From positions 26,874,418-26,938,417 of the forward strand of contig NC_057719.1 of assembly GCF_004010195.1 (NCBI RefSeq): 64,000 nucleotides of DNA, given 5' to 3'. Below the pieces are notes generated by a model that worked only from the letters and a program-made list of their open reading frames with translations, was not told where the DNA came from and did no database searches. Numbering within the stretch: the first letter of the stretch is position 1; every line of letters starts with the position of its first letter. Below are positions 51,510 through 64,000 of the stretch, piece after piece. The position numbers and the translations under genes are program-made. This DNA is from Chiloscyllium plagiosum (Eukaryota).

Positions 51510-51647
51510 ATAAAACCCGAAAGAATTGTGAATGCTGTAAATCAGAAACAAAAAACAGAAATTGCTGGAAAATCTCAGCAGGACTGGCAGCATCTGTGGA
51601 GAGAAAGCAGAGTTAATGTTTCGGGTCAAGTGGCCCTTCCTCAGATG
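51510..51647 (-). mobile_element. HHR-bearing pLTR-like repeat (GGGTC family)
   Basis: Minus strand 51612-51647 reads CTGAGGA-a-gggcc actt gaccc-GAAA-ca-TT-aac. Confidence 0.7.
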
Positions 51648-51659
51648 AATAAAATCTTT

Positions 51660-53260
51660 TGGGCATTTTGATTACTCATTCAAAGCTATCTCATTAATCC
51701 ATGGGCATCACATCACTCCATGTCCTTCATACATGTTCTCAATAAAACATCCAGTATCATATTCTCTTTTCCAGACATATGAACAATTTTCAAACTGTAT
51801 GATTGGAGAATTAAACTCCACCTAACTAATTGTAATTTCTTCTCCCAATATTTGTCTCGGAAAATCGAAGGATTGTGTGTCAATACAGTTTACTCCGTGT
51901 TTTGATTTTACATCAGCAGCAATGATATAGAACTATCACAATGCTCAATGTCTTCTTTTCCACTATAGGATATTATGGCTAATATGTGGTCAGTTTCTTT
52001 GTAAAATAACTGATAGGTCCTTTGATCCCAGTCCCACCTACTTGCATTAAAACAGTTCCCAAACTAATCTCACAGGCATCAATGATAGTTTGAGTGTCTT
52101 ATGATAAATTGGTGCTGTAAAACTGGTGTGGTTATCAGCATGGCTTTCATATTGTCAAAGTCACTTTGATGCTCTTGTGTCTATTCAAATTTTCTGCCTT
52201 CAAGAAATTTGTTAAAGGTTCAATGACAGTGTTGAGGTTCACGACAAATAGTCAGCAAAATGTACAATTTCATGTTTTCTTCAAGGGAAAATCCAAAATA
52301 GCCCATACCTTCACTTCTCTGGGTGCCATTTAGGTTTGTCCCACACTGTGGCCTAAATATGTCACCTGCACATTGGCAAATTCCCAGTCTGATTTATAAC
52401 CAAATTGGCTTTTTGTGGTTGATCATTTAAATAGTGTATATGTTCTTCGTAAATTGGTTAAAACAATCAAGTTGTCAATGTAAACAACACAATTACGACA
52501 ACGTATTTTCATTCGTTAATCATTAAAATGTTGATGGTGCATTTTCATTCCAAACAACATGACTTTGAATCGTTAAAGTCCGTCTGGTATTATAAAAGCC
52601 CATATTTATTTGGCTTTGTCAGTAACCAGAACTGGCCAAAATTTCTTTAGAAAGTCAATTTTATGACAAATCATGCCTGTCCAATTCATTGTAGTCTTCC
52701 AGTGTTGAAATAGAGTAGGAGTCTGCTTTTATTACCATGTTGACTTTATGATAATACAATCTGTGTGACCTATCTAGTTTCAGCACCATCATGATAGGTG
52801 AGCTCATGTTACCATTACTCAGTTCATTAATGTCATTGTCCATCATTAGCTTAATGTCTTCCCTCACTAGAACTGATCTCTCTGGACTGAGTCTGAAGGG
52901 AGGTTGGTTTTTAGGTAACATCATGTTCATCCTGACTTATTCTCATAATTGACATATCTTCCAGTGATAGCCATTTTAAGTCACTTTAATAGCTTTCTAG
53001 AAGATAATACCTGATGTTTTCTAACTTTTAAAGTACCTTCATGTTTTTCAATTGATTGTTGGATGGGCAAATTTGAATTTTCAATTTCTGATTCATTTCC
53101 AGATAGCTCTGATTTTCAGTTTCATTCCCTACTTCTTTCATGACTACGTGTTCATGTTCCATGAATATTATCCCTTTATAATGCCTTTTCAACATATTAA
53201 CTTGACACACTTGCTGATTGATTCTTTCTCCTGTCTGGAGTACTCACCACATAATTCACA
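51660..53260 (-). mobile_element. Gypsy LTR-retrotransposon pol relic
   Basis: ORF 52661-52930 PKNQPPFRLSPE..VREDIKLMMDNDI..SSPIMMVLKLD..HKVNMVIKADSYSISTLED, followed by IDFLKKFWPVL-like RT motifs. Confidence 0.8.
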
Positions 53261-53269
53261 ACATTGAGG

Positions 53270-54300
53270 CTAGAAGACCTGTTGGCAAAATGCCACACAG
53301 GAGGCTGCTAAATAAGGTCAGAGCCCATGGCGTGAGGGACAAAGGACAAGGTACTGGGATGAATAGAGGATTGGCTGACTGGCAAAGGCAGAGAGTGGGT
53401 ATAAAGGGGTCTTTTTCAGGAAGGTAGCCAGTGACTAGTGGAGTTTCGCAGGGGCCAGTGTTGGTCTATAACTACTCATGTTATACATTAATAATCTGGA
53501 TGAAGGAGCTGAGAGCATTGTTGCTCAGATTGAGATGACACAAAGATGGGTGGGGTGGCGGGGGGTGGAGGTAGTGTTGAGAAAGTGGGGATACTGCAAA
53601 AGGACTTGGATAGGCTAGGAGAGTGGGCAAAGAAGTCACAGATGGAATACAATTTGGAAAATTGAGGTTTTGCAGTTTGATAGGAGGAATAGAGATGTAG
53701 ACTGTTTTCTAAATAGGTAAACGGTTCAGAAATCTGAAGTGCAACAAGACTAAGGAGTCCTAGTTCAGGATTCTCCAAAGTTAACATACAGGTTCAATTG
53801 GCAGTAAGGAAGGCAAATGCAGTGTTAGCAAAGACTAGAATACAAGAGCAGACATGTACTGAGGCTGTACAAAACTTTGGTCAGACCGCATTTGGAATAT
53901 TGTGAGCACTTTGGGCCCAATATCTAATGAAGGAGGGTGCCCGGAGGAAGTTCACAAGAATAATGGCAAGAATTCAGGGATTGTCATATGGGGAGCGTTT
54001 GAGGACTTATGGTCTATACTCCAAGGAGGTTAGAAGGATGTGGGGGGGGGGGGGGTGTCTCATTGAAACTTATAGAATATTGAGGGGCCTGGATAGAGTG
54101 GTCTTGGAGAGATGTTTTAAGCAGTAGGAGAGACTAGGACCCGAGGACACAAGCTTCAGAGTGAAAGAGTGACTCTTTAGAACTGAGTTGAGGATGAATT
54201 TCTTTAGCCAGAAGGTTGTGAATCTATGGAAATCATTGCCACAGAATCCCTGGGAGGTCAAGTCATTGTATGTAAGACAGAGATAGCTATGTTCTTGTTT
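53270..54300 (+). mobile_element. CR1 LINE ORF2 fragment
   Basis: KMPHRRLLNKVRAHGVR, RRKFTRIMARIQGLSYGERL, LIETYRILRGLDRV. Confidence 0.88.
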
Positions 54301-54302
54301 TA

Positions 54303-54445
54303 ATAAAAACTGGATAGAACTGCAGGTGCTGGAAATCAGAAACAAAAACAGAAATTGTTGGAAAAACTCAGCAGATCTGACAGCATCTATGGAGACAAAG
54401 CAGAGTTAATGTTTCGGGTCCAGTGACCTTTCTTCAGAACTGTTC
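54303..54445 (-). mobile_element. HHR-bearing pLTR-like repeat (GGGTC family)
   Basis: Minus strand 54405-54440 reads gtt-CTGAAGA-a-aggtc actg gaccc-GAAA-ca-TT-aac. Ends in the mini-palindrome agaac-t-gttct. Confidence 0.75.
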
Positions 54446-55399
54446 TAAAATTGAGAAACAGTTCTTCAGGCAAAATACAGTAGAAATTTAGAACTCTTGT
54501 TCCACAAATGATATTTGATGCTAGATTAATTGTAATACTAAATTTGGTGTTGATAGATTGTTATTCATCAAAGGTGGGATATGGGACAAAGAGTGATATA
54601 GGTTGCAGATTAGCCTTGAGGAGTTGATTGGCTTTTACCTGTTCTTGTGTTTGTGTCTCCTTTTAGGTATGTTTTAGTACTGGCCTAAAACAGCTTGCGC
54701 ATGTAGTCAGTACTTTATTCCAGTTGTTGAGTACACATTGGTGGAGATTGATCTGTGAAAACTCTACCTAGTCGTATCAGATCTGAACCAATGAACTTTA
54801 TAGAATCGCTAGAAGCCATGTAATTATGTGTGCAAAAAAAAAATTGATCTTTTGCTATCTTTTGCAGCTTAAGTGCTCCTCTTGGCTGCATAAAAATGCC
54901 ACAAGTATCTGGTGGCTCACTCATCCCTTTCCACGAACCAACTTGTGGACTGCCACAGCACCATGCTGTTCCGCAGTGCCCCACTCCCTCAATGACAATC
55001 TGCTTCAGGACACCTGATTGATACTGGAAGCTGCTGGTCTCATTCGGATGAGACCTGAGTCAAATGGAACTGTAAGAAATCAGCTGATTTATTTGTTGGG
55101 ACACACATCCAATCTCTCCGGAAGAATCTTCTGAGGTTAAAAACAAACTGCCTTAATTGCCAAAACCCTCAGATAATTGATAATTATAAGAGAAACAGAA
55201 ATAGAAACAAAAATTGTCTTTCACCTTTTCCATTTCTAGTCATGTAGCTCCAAACACTTGATTCTGGCTTGATTGATGAGAGAGCAGATGCAGACTTCAT
55301 TGCTTCCGGTGCTAAAGCTACTCCATGGCTTGCTCAGTGTGGGTACTCTTCCATCGAGCCAGATGGTTCTGTTTCAAACCAGTGAGCTTGAACCAAGGA

Positions 55400-55900
55400 A
55401 TTGTCCAACCACTGTGCTAATGTTGTGGAAATAATGGAGCTTTTCCTAAATTCGACAAAATGTATGGGAGGACCAGATGAGGAGCTTTGCAGGCAGTGAG
55501 AATCTCGATAAGATGTAAGATTTGAAACATTTGAGTGACTATTTATGAAGTTGAGAACTGAGCGAATTGAGAAATGGTCTCTGAATTTCAGTGGACCTTG
55601 ACAAGTGCAGTGTTGGTGTAAGTCTACCTGCAACACAGCAGAAATTGGGCCAGAAACCAGGTAACAAATTGCAGTACCTGCTTCAAGTTCATGGCAGGGC
55701 CTTTTTGGGGTGAAACTTCCATTGATACCAAAATAGCCTCTGAAGTTGGAATGGTGTGGACATTGCCAGGCTGGCTCACATGAGAAGCAAGAATTACCAC
55801 ACAATCTGCCATGCAAGTAGGACTTGTGTGGGGTCTTTCAAGCCTTTGTCTCAGCCTGGACTCCGCTCCCCCCAACAAAAAATATTGTAGCACCTGTGGA
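55400..55900 (-). mobile_element. Possible Harbinger transposase core relic
   Basis: ADCVVILASHVSQPG / NFRGYFGING / QVLQFVTWF across frames loosely resemble IDCTHV.I.AP..P / NRKG.HSINVQ / V.ARFPG. Confidence 0.4.
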
Positions 55901-57878
55901 GCACAATTGCCTCACTTTAGAATAAAGTTGATGAGCAAATCAGAACCTAGCCTTCCACTGGTGTTCTGGGTATAAAATATACATCTACCCAGTGTGAGGT
56001 TACATACCTTTTGCTCTGTAGGTTGCATGTGATATGGTGGTACAGCCACTTTCCAATTTTCTGCTAATTAAGAACACCTTTCCAAATTCACATATTCTAG
56101 TGAGTGCATCATACACTGATAGAAGATCTCTGGATTTTCGAGCCCTTGTTTGTCAAAGTGTGAAATGCTTTCTTCTGCAATTAATATGTCCAAGTGGCAT
56201 TGTGTTACAATTCACTCAGAAAGTCAATGTGACTAAGGCAACATGAACTTTTACATGCATATCGTAGTTTGGCAGCAGCAATAGTGATGGTAGGGACTCC
56301 AACAGCTTTCCCATTACAGAAATCTCTCTTGCTGTCAGTGCCTGCCAGTGGTTGGAAGGACTTGTAAATTGATACTCAACGTGTTTGGTTAAGGTATGAA
56401 CACACCTTTCTGAACTATCAAGTCCTGGGGTGGGACTTAAATCTAGAGTTTTCTGGCCAGGAAGCAGGGATACTATTAATTATACACAAGACCTCTTTAG
56501 AAGTAGACCACATAAGTGCACATATTTAATTAATTACCGTGACTCAAAAATACCTTGGGGTGCTATCATGAGCAGATCAGGAAGTTGCTATGACTGCATC
56601 AGGAATAAAGAGAGAAACAAGGGACTCAAAATGCAGTGCAAACATTTAATAATCATCTGAAATTACACTACTTTAAATAATTTCTGCACCACGTTTAAAA
56701 GTTTACATTGTTACATTTGAGAGCTGTACACTTTGAAAAGAAAATGGACAGACTAAACCACAGTTAATGTACCTCTAGCATTTTCTCTTCCTTGCACCAC
56801 ATCATTAACTCTTATTGCCCAGTATTCTATTTTTGCTGTTTGTGATGTTGTCCACAGGAGTAGAAACAGCTTCCATCAGTGTGCTGAGGTCATTCTGTTC
56901 TGTACCATTTCCTCTTTTTTGGACCCGACAATCACTCTATGCTTTCAGACTGCCTGACTCTCTGGCATCAAGTTGTGGCTTATTTATAACTTTCTCCAGT
57001 TTCATATCAGGCAAACTGAGACCACTGGTCACAGCTCCAATTATGAATGCTGTTTCCACCTAGTGAAACCTTCTTTTGACCTCTCCTTTCCCTTCAAAGC
57101 CTGATCCCTTCGGCTTCAATTCCTGGCACTGGCCACTCACACTACAGGAGAACATGTAAAATCTTTGCAACCTGCACCATGCAATACCCAGTCCGATTGT
57201 CCATTACTGTCTTTGGTGGCCTGCACTATTTATCTAGCAGATTAAATTTGAACTCCCCCACTCCATGTTTGATTCACTGCAGAGTATTAGCCCACCCTGT
57301 ACCTGCAATTTCCAATAACCTGATGTTTCCTGAAGCTTTTGATTCTGTGGTTTTGACCTTTGTGTTGTCCCTGTCATTGGCTCACGACATGTAACAATGT
57401 AAACTTTTAAATGTTGACAATGGTGCAGAAAAACAGAAAATTATTAAAGCCTTAAGCTGCCCTAGCCTAGCCTCCTCTCCATAAAACCCATCACCACACC
57501 TTGTATTTCTCCTTGTTTAAAACTCTTCTCAAAATTGATTTTTTGCAGCAGATTTTTCAGTCATTCTGCAGATCTGTTGAGAAAGAGCCTGGGAGAACAA
57601 CCAAGTGGGTAGCTTTTTCAATGAAAGTGCACAGACACAATGGAATAAATTGCTTCCTTCTGTGCTAAATAGTCCTCCTAAACTGTGACTACATAGCTTG
57701 CTATTCTGTTCCCTATTTCCCATTGTGAAGCAATTTGGAACTTTTCTTCTTACCTGAATGGCATTATATAAATCTTATTTTCTGCTTTTGTTCAGCACAT
57801 CCATATTTATCTTTTGGAGTGGCTTGGTAGTGATATTCAGAAAATTGGAGACCCCAAAATAGAATTAAGGGTGTGATA

Positions 57879-58760
57879 GAGAGGAACCTTGATTATCTGA
57901 ATATCAGTTATGCGAATTTCGGATTTTCCAAAGAAGATCTCAAGGTCCCAATAAAAGCATTACATCAGAGAGGTGTTTCCAACACTGATCGCATCTTTTG
58001 TTTACAATGATTAAAACTGAATTCAGCTTACTGAAATGCTGCCGAGAACAGTCCTGGACATTGATGGGAGCCCAGTCACCGTCTTCAAATGACAGACCTC
58101 TCGCCCTTTTTCTCTGTCCCCACACTTTCTTTGGAGTTCTACCCTAGACTCCCACTTCCCCAGATAATCTCTCCAACATTGTCCTGTACAGGGCAGAGTG
58201 GGAACTTGTCAAAAAGTTGCAGTATAAGGTGTGTGTGTGTTTGTGTGTGTGTGCGTGCATGCGCGCTATTTTGAGACTCGCCCCCCCCCCCCCAAAGACA
58301 GCAACAGTCTTGCTGTTGGTGTCCAGTCCAGCTTCCCCCGTTGGGGATTGGGAGTTTTTGGAATGTGGTTGGGGTTGGTGGGGGCAGATGGGGTTGGGGG
58401 GGTGGATGGGGACAGATGGGGATGTGGGGATAGGGGCAGATGGAGGAGTGGAGGCTCGCACGTAGTGTTGCTGCCTAGTCTCCTGAACAGGGAGTGGACA
58501 TGCTAAGTGCTCGCTGTGTCAATCCCATTGAACTAATGGGGAGTGCACGGGAGGCTTCAGCAATGCTGCAGGTCCCTTACACACAAGTATGAGTCTGCTC
58601 AGAAACAAATCCTGAGACAGAGAGAGGGAGCAAGGCAGACAGAGCAAGGAAAAAGGAAACTTCAGAAAATACCGAGTCCCAGAGGAGAGGCATTGAATCT
58701 GTTATCTGAATAATCAATTATCTGAATGAAATACTTGTTCAGATAATCGAGGTTCCTCTG
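57879..58760. mobile_element. Non-autonomous Tigger/pogo-like DNA transposon
   Basis: TA|gagaggaaccttgattatctgaa ... ttcagataatcgaggttcctctg|TA; about 23 bp TIRs. Internal GT microsatellite and G-rich tract. Confidence 0.85.
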
Positions 58761-58779
58761 TATTTGTTTATCGATACAG

Positions 58780-60030
58780 TTGTTTCGACCCACGATGTCC
58801 TTACAGAAGGAATTCTAGGAATTTGACCCAATAAAACTCAAGGAACGGCAATTGTTTTCCAAGTCAGAATAGTGAATGGTTTGAAGAAGAACTTCCGATT
58901 CGGGTATTTCCATATGCCTGCTGCACTTGTCCTTCTAGATGAAGCGGTCGTGGGTTTGGATGTACTGTCTAAGGAGCCTTGGTGAATATCTGCAGTGCAT
59001 CTTGAAATAATATACAGGTAGACAAATCTTTATCCGAAATCCTGAAATCCAAAACGCTCCAAAATCCGAAGGTTTTTTTTGTGAAGTTGTTTTCTCATTA
59101 ACAAGGTTGTTTGGCGTGCAGTTAACCCAACCTCACACCCGCTTGATGTGTGTCCCTCAGATGGTGTGGCCCAGCACTTGCAGGCCTCAATTCTGTCTCA
59201 GGGCCTGTTTTACTCACAGTGAGTCTGCTGTTTGGTAAGATTTTTTAAAAAATTCACCAACAAACTGTCACTTATTCCGAAATTCGAAAAATTCTGAATT
59301 CTGAAAACCAGCTGGTCCCGAGCGTTTCAGATTAAGGATTGTGTACCTGTACTACTGCTACTGATTGCCGATGGTGGAGGGAGTGGATGTTTCTGGAAGT
59401 GGCGCCAATGAAGCCAGCTGCTTTGTCCCGTACAGTGATAAGTTTCTTGATTTGTTGGAGCTGCACTCATGGGATCAAGTGGGGAATATTCTAACGGACT
59501 CTTTGCTTGTGCCTTATAGATGGAGGGGAGGCTTTGGGGAGTCAGGAAGTGAGTTACTGGCTGCAGTATCTCTAGCCTCCGATAATATAGCCACTGTGTT
59601 TATATGGCTAGTCCAGTTCAGTTTCGGCTCAATAGTAGCACCCAGGATATTAATAGTGGGTGATTCATTGGCGGTAACACCTTTGAATATCAAGGGGCAG
59701 TGATTATCTGTTATTGGTGATGGTAATTACCTGGCACAAATGTGTCTTGCTACTTCTCAGCCCAAGCCTGGATATTGTCCTGTTCCTGCTACATTTGGCT
59801 ATGGACTGCTTCAGGACCTAAGACTCAGAAATAGCGTTGAACATTGTGCAATCATGAGTGAGCAGCCCTATTTTTGACCTTAAGATGGAGGGAAGGTCAT
59901 AGGCGAAGCATCTGAAGATGGTTGAACCTAGGACATTACCCAGAGGAACTCCTGCAGAGATGTCGTGGAGCTGTCATGACTGACCTCCAACAACATGACC
60001 ATCATCCGATGTGCCAGGTATCAATCCAAT
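58780..60030 (-). mobile_element. CR1/L2-group LINE fragment
   Basis: Reverse-complement similarity to 38800-39680 (QGSSSG, NIQAW, ESPTINILG). Confidence 0.78.
59015..59349. mobile_element. Tigger4/Zombi-like MITE inserted in the LINE
   Basis: TA|caggtagacaaatctttatccgaaa ... tttcagattaaggattgtgtacctg|TA; subterminal tccgaaa repeats. Confidence 0.82.
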
Positions 60031-60829
60031 AGGGCTCATTAATGCCACATTTGGTAAAATTTTGGATCCAACAATACAGGAGTTATAGGCTCCAGAAAAA
60101 GCTATGTCTACAAACAATCTTAGCTGTCAATCACACTGAAACATTTTGATGGTCAGGCAGCCAGGAAATAACATTGTTTCTATTTGCCTTACCATTTTGC
60201 AGTGAGAAAAATACAAATTGGGTCATACACATGGGGTTGAAGTACAGAAATAAAGTACCAAGTTTTAAGAAAATAATTCATTTTTATTATATTAAAATTT
60301 ATCAGTGTTGGATTATGTTGAAGAAGTTTGGCATTGCAGAAATATAAAATTAGGTCTTTTTGGCCAGACAGGCAGATCAAAACTATTTGTGACTTAATTA
60401 ACATACTAATGTACATCAGCTAATATCCTAGTTAAAGCTCTTCAACAAGGTGTCCTCTACAGGAAAAGAAGATGGTAATGTTGGAAACTCATATCAAAGG
60501 AGATCACAGTTATTCTCAATGGTCTCACTAATTCCCAGTTTGGTTGTGTAGGGACTCCTCTCTTTATTTTTATACTCTATTTTCCTTGCAATAGATCCTA
60601 AACCATTTGCCTTTCTAATTTTTTGCTATACCTCGTAGCAGTCATGAATATGAAAGCATATGCTTTTTGTTTTCTGATTATTTAACTGGAAAATTACACT
60701 AAATTCTGGTGACATTGCCTTTTCATGAGCATACATGGCATGCAAATGTATGAAAAAGAGGCTCCTGACATTTGACATTTGCTGTTAGTTCATTGCCAAC
60801 TTAGTTCTATAGTTTCATCCTGCTGTAGA

Positions 60830-63235
60830 TAGAGTCATAGAGTAATAGAGTCCAACAGAATGGAGACAGGCCCTTTGTCTCAAAATGGTCCATGCTGATC
60901 AAAATATTCATCCACGCTAACCCCATTTCCCTGCACTTGGTCCACATCGTTCTAAACCTTTCCTATCTATGTATTTGTCCTAATGCCTTTTAAATGTTGT
61001 TAATGTACCTGCCTCAACCACTTCCACTGATGCTCATTCCATATGTGTACCACCCCCTCTGTGTAAATATTTTACCCCTTGGGCTCCCTTTTATTCTTTC
61101 TCCTCTAACCTTAAACTGATGAACTTTAGTCCTTGATTCTCCAACCCAGGGAAAAAGACTGAGTGCATTCACCTATCCATTCCTCTCATGATTTTATACA
61201 TTTCTATAAGATCCCCCTCAATCTCCTATATTCTAAGGAAAAAAGTTCTGGCTTTTCCGATCTCTGCCGATAACTCAGACCCTTGAGTCCTGGCAACATC
61301 CTTGTAAAGTTCTTCTGCACTCTTTCCAGTTTAATAACATCCTTCCTATAGCAAGGTGACCAAAATTGAACACAATGCTCCAAGTGCAGCCTCACCAACA
61401 TCCTGTACAACTGCAACATAACTTCCCAGCTTCTGTACTCAATGTCCTGACTGATAAATGCCAGTGGCCAAAAGCTGCCTTCGTTGCCCTGACTACCTGT
61501 GACCCCACTTCCAGAGAACCGTGCATCTGAACTCTAAGGTTTCTCTGTTCCACTACACTTCTTAGGGTGCTACCATTCACCATGAAACTCCAACCTTGGT
61601 TTGACTTTCCAAAATGCTGGACCTCACACTTATCTATAGTAAATTCCAGTTGTCGTTTCTCAGCCTAATTCCCCAATTGATCAAGGTCTTGCTGAAATTT
61701 CTGATAACCTTCCTTGCTGTCCATAATACCACCTATTTTAGTGTCATGTGCAAACTTAGTAATCGTTGCCTTGTACATTCTCATCCAAATCATTGATATA
61801 GATAACAAATAGTAATGGACCCAGCTCGTATCCCTGAGGCATTCCACTAGTTACAGGCCTTCAGTCTGACAAGCATCCTTCCACTATTACTCTCTGCTTC
61901 CTACCGTCAAGCCAATTGTGTATCCAATTTGCCAGCTCCCCCTGGATTCCATGCGATCTTACCTTCCAGAGCAGCCTACCATGTGGAACCTAACAAAAGC
62001 CTTACTGAAATGCACATAGGCTACGTCTGTCACCCTGCCTTGTCAACTTTCTTGGTCACTTCATCAAAGAACTCTAACAAATTTGTGAGGCATGATCTCC
62101 AATGCACAAAGCCGTGCTGACTATTCCTAATCAAACCCTGTCTTTCCAATTGCATGTATGTCTTATTCTCAGAATCTTCTCAAGTAACTTACCTACCACA
62201 GCTGTTAGGCTTCCTGATTTATAGTTCCCAGGTTTTTTATTTTGGCAACCCTTCTTGAATAATGCCACAACATTCGCTAACCTCCAATGTTCCAGGACCT
62301 CACCCACGGCTAACGATGTTGCAAAAATATCACCCAGAGCCCCTGCAATTTCTTCTCAAGCCTCTTGCAGTGTTCTTGGATATATCTGATCAGGTCCATG
62401 AGATTTATCCACCTTCATACATTCTAATACATCCAACACTTCCTCTACTGTGATATGGACTATCCCCAAGATATGACCACTAACTTCCCCAGTTTCCAAG
62501 CCTTCATGTTTTTCTCCATGGTAAACACAAAGAGAAGTATTCATTTGAGGACCTCGCCCACATCCTGGCATTCTACACACACATGTCCACTTTAGTCCTT
62601 GAGGGGACCTATTCTCTTTTTAGCTATTCTTTTTCCTTTAATATACTTAAAGACTGTCTTTGGATTCACCCTAACCTTCTCAGCCGAGACTATCTTCTGC
62701 CCCCTTTTCACCCTCCTGATTTTGTTCTCCTGTAAACTCCTGTATTCCCTAGATACCTTCAGGGATTCCCTTGATCTAAACTGCCGACATCTGAGCCATA
62801 CCTCCTTTTTTATGGTCAAAGCCTCAATTTTTCTTGTCATCCAGGGTTCCCTATTCTTGCCAACCTTGGCCCTTCACCCCCACAGGAACATATAGAGCTT
62901 GAACTCTAGCTAACTCACTTTTAAAGGCCTTTCACTTCCTCCCACTCCCAAACTAGTCAACCCCTGCAAGCTCTTGTCTAATTCCATCAAAATTTGCTTT
63001 GCCCTAATTTAGAGCATGAACCTGTGGACCAGTTTTGTTCCTTCCCATAGCATTTAAAATTAATAGAATGATGGTCACTAGTCTCAAAGTGCTCCCCATT
63101 GTCACCTGTCCTGCCCTGTTTCCCAAGAGTAGGTCGAGTTTTGCCCCTTCCCGAGTAGGACCCTACTTGAGGAAACTTGAGGAAACTGCTTGAGGAAACT
63201 TTCCTGAACACACTTAACAAATTCCACCCCATTTC
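60830..63235 (-). mobile_element. CR1 LINE, about 2.4 kb
   Basis: LYRMLVRLHLEHCVQFWSPCYRKDVIKLERVQKNFTRMLPG, KFAHDTKIGG, VDKSHGPDQIYPR; (tagagtca) tail. Confidence 0.95.
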
Positions 63236-63249
63236 TTACTCTTTAGATT

Positions 63250-63810
63250 CAAGCAGATCTAAGCCTTGCCTGTTCACCCTTTCCTCTTAAAATGGCATGC
63301 CGATTCCATGTATTCGTCAGGTAAACCTTCTCTGAACTATTTTTAACAACTTTACATTATTCCTTAAATGAGGAGACTCCCACCATTGTACGCAGGACAA
63401 CAGATATGGTCTTGTTAACAAACTGTATCACCTCCCTACTTTTGTTTTCTATTCCCCTTGCAGTGAGTAATAATTTTTTTTAACTTTCCTAATTACTTGC
63501 TGTGCCAACACAGTAACCTTTTGCAATTCATGTGTTAGCAAACACATATCCCACTGTATTTCAGACATTCAAAATCTTTCACAATTTACATAATATGCTT
63601 CTACACGCCTAAGTGGACAATTTCACATTTTCCTATATTATAAGCCATTTGTCAGATCTTTGTCCATTCATTTAATCTATCTGTATCCCCTTGTAGCTTT
63701 CTTCTGTCCTCTTCATAAATCACTTTCCTAACTGTCATTGCAACATCAGCATATTTAATAACTGTCTTTTTAGTCCCTTCATCCACGTCATGCAAATAAA
63801 TTGTATAAAG
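63250..63810 (-). mobile_element. Older CR1 fragment
   Basis: Similar to 7800-8300. Confidence 0.6.
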
Positions 63811-64000
63811 TGATTAGTACTGATTACCACTCATTGCCTCTTCCAATGAGAAAATAACTGTTTTGAAGATGAGTGTGTACTGTACCTTGAAGAGAGTTAA
63901 AAGCCAGCAGAACGACCTGACAGCACCAAGTGTTCTGAATAAGATACAATGTAACATGTGGTCCAGCTACGGGGATAGCTGGGATAGCCGGTTGCCTGGA

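Overview
Eukaryotic, AT-rich, repeat-dense genomic DNA, almost certainly from a cartilaginous fish (shark). The taxon is inferred from HE1/V-SINE, CR1 and Penelope repeats. The window lies inside the voltage-gated K+ channel gene KCNH5 (Eag2/Kv10.2) on the + strand. Two coding exons are visible: 29421-29544 and 49989-50095, the exon 2 and exon 3 equivalents of the PAS domain. I could not find exon 1 or exon 4. The rest is intron, filled with CR1, CR1/L2-group, RTE and Tx1-like LINE fragments, HE1 SINEs, gypsy and solo-LTR relics, Tigger-like MITEs, Harbinger transposase relics and Penelope-like elements (PLEs). The most notable signal is about a dozen minimal type I hammerhead-ribozyme (HHR) motifs with intact cores (CTGANGA-A-stemII-GAAA-NN-TH), plus decayed copies, from at least 3-4 sequence families with co-varying stems. 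They sit in short (100-220 bp) PLE-derived inserts flanked by 10-16 bp target-site duplications (TSDs). Several inserts are head-to-head fold-backs whose apex or end falls just upstream of the CTGANGA box. A 3.7 kb composite inverted PLE structure is bounded by a 13 bp TSD. A 0.7 kb intronic segment is duplicated into the middle of a CR1 copy. Most ORF-track entries are spurious or transposon debris. All family assignments are by eye; no database search was run.
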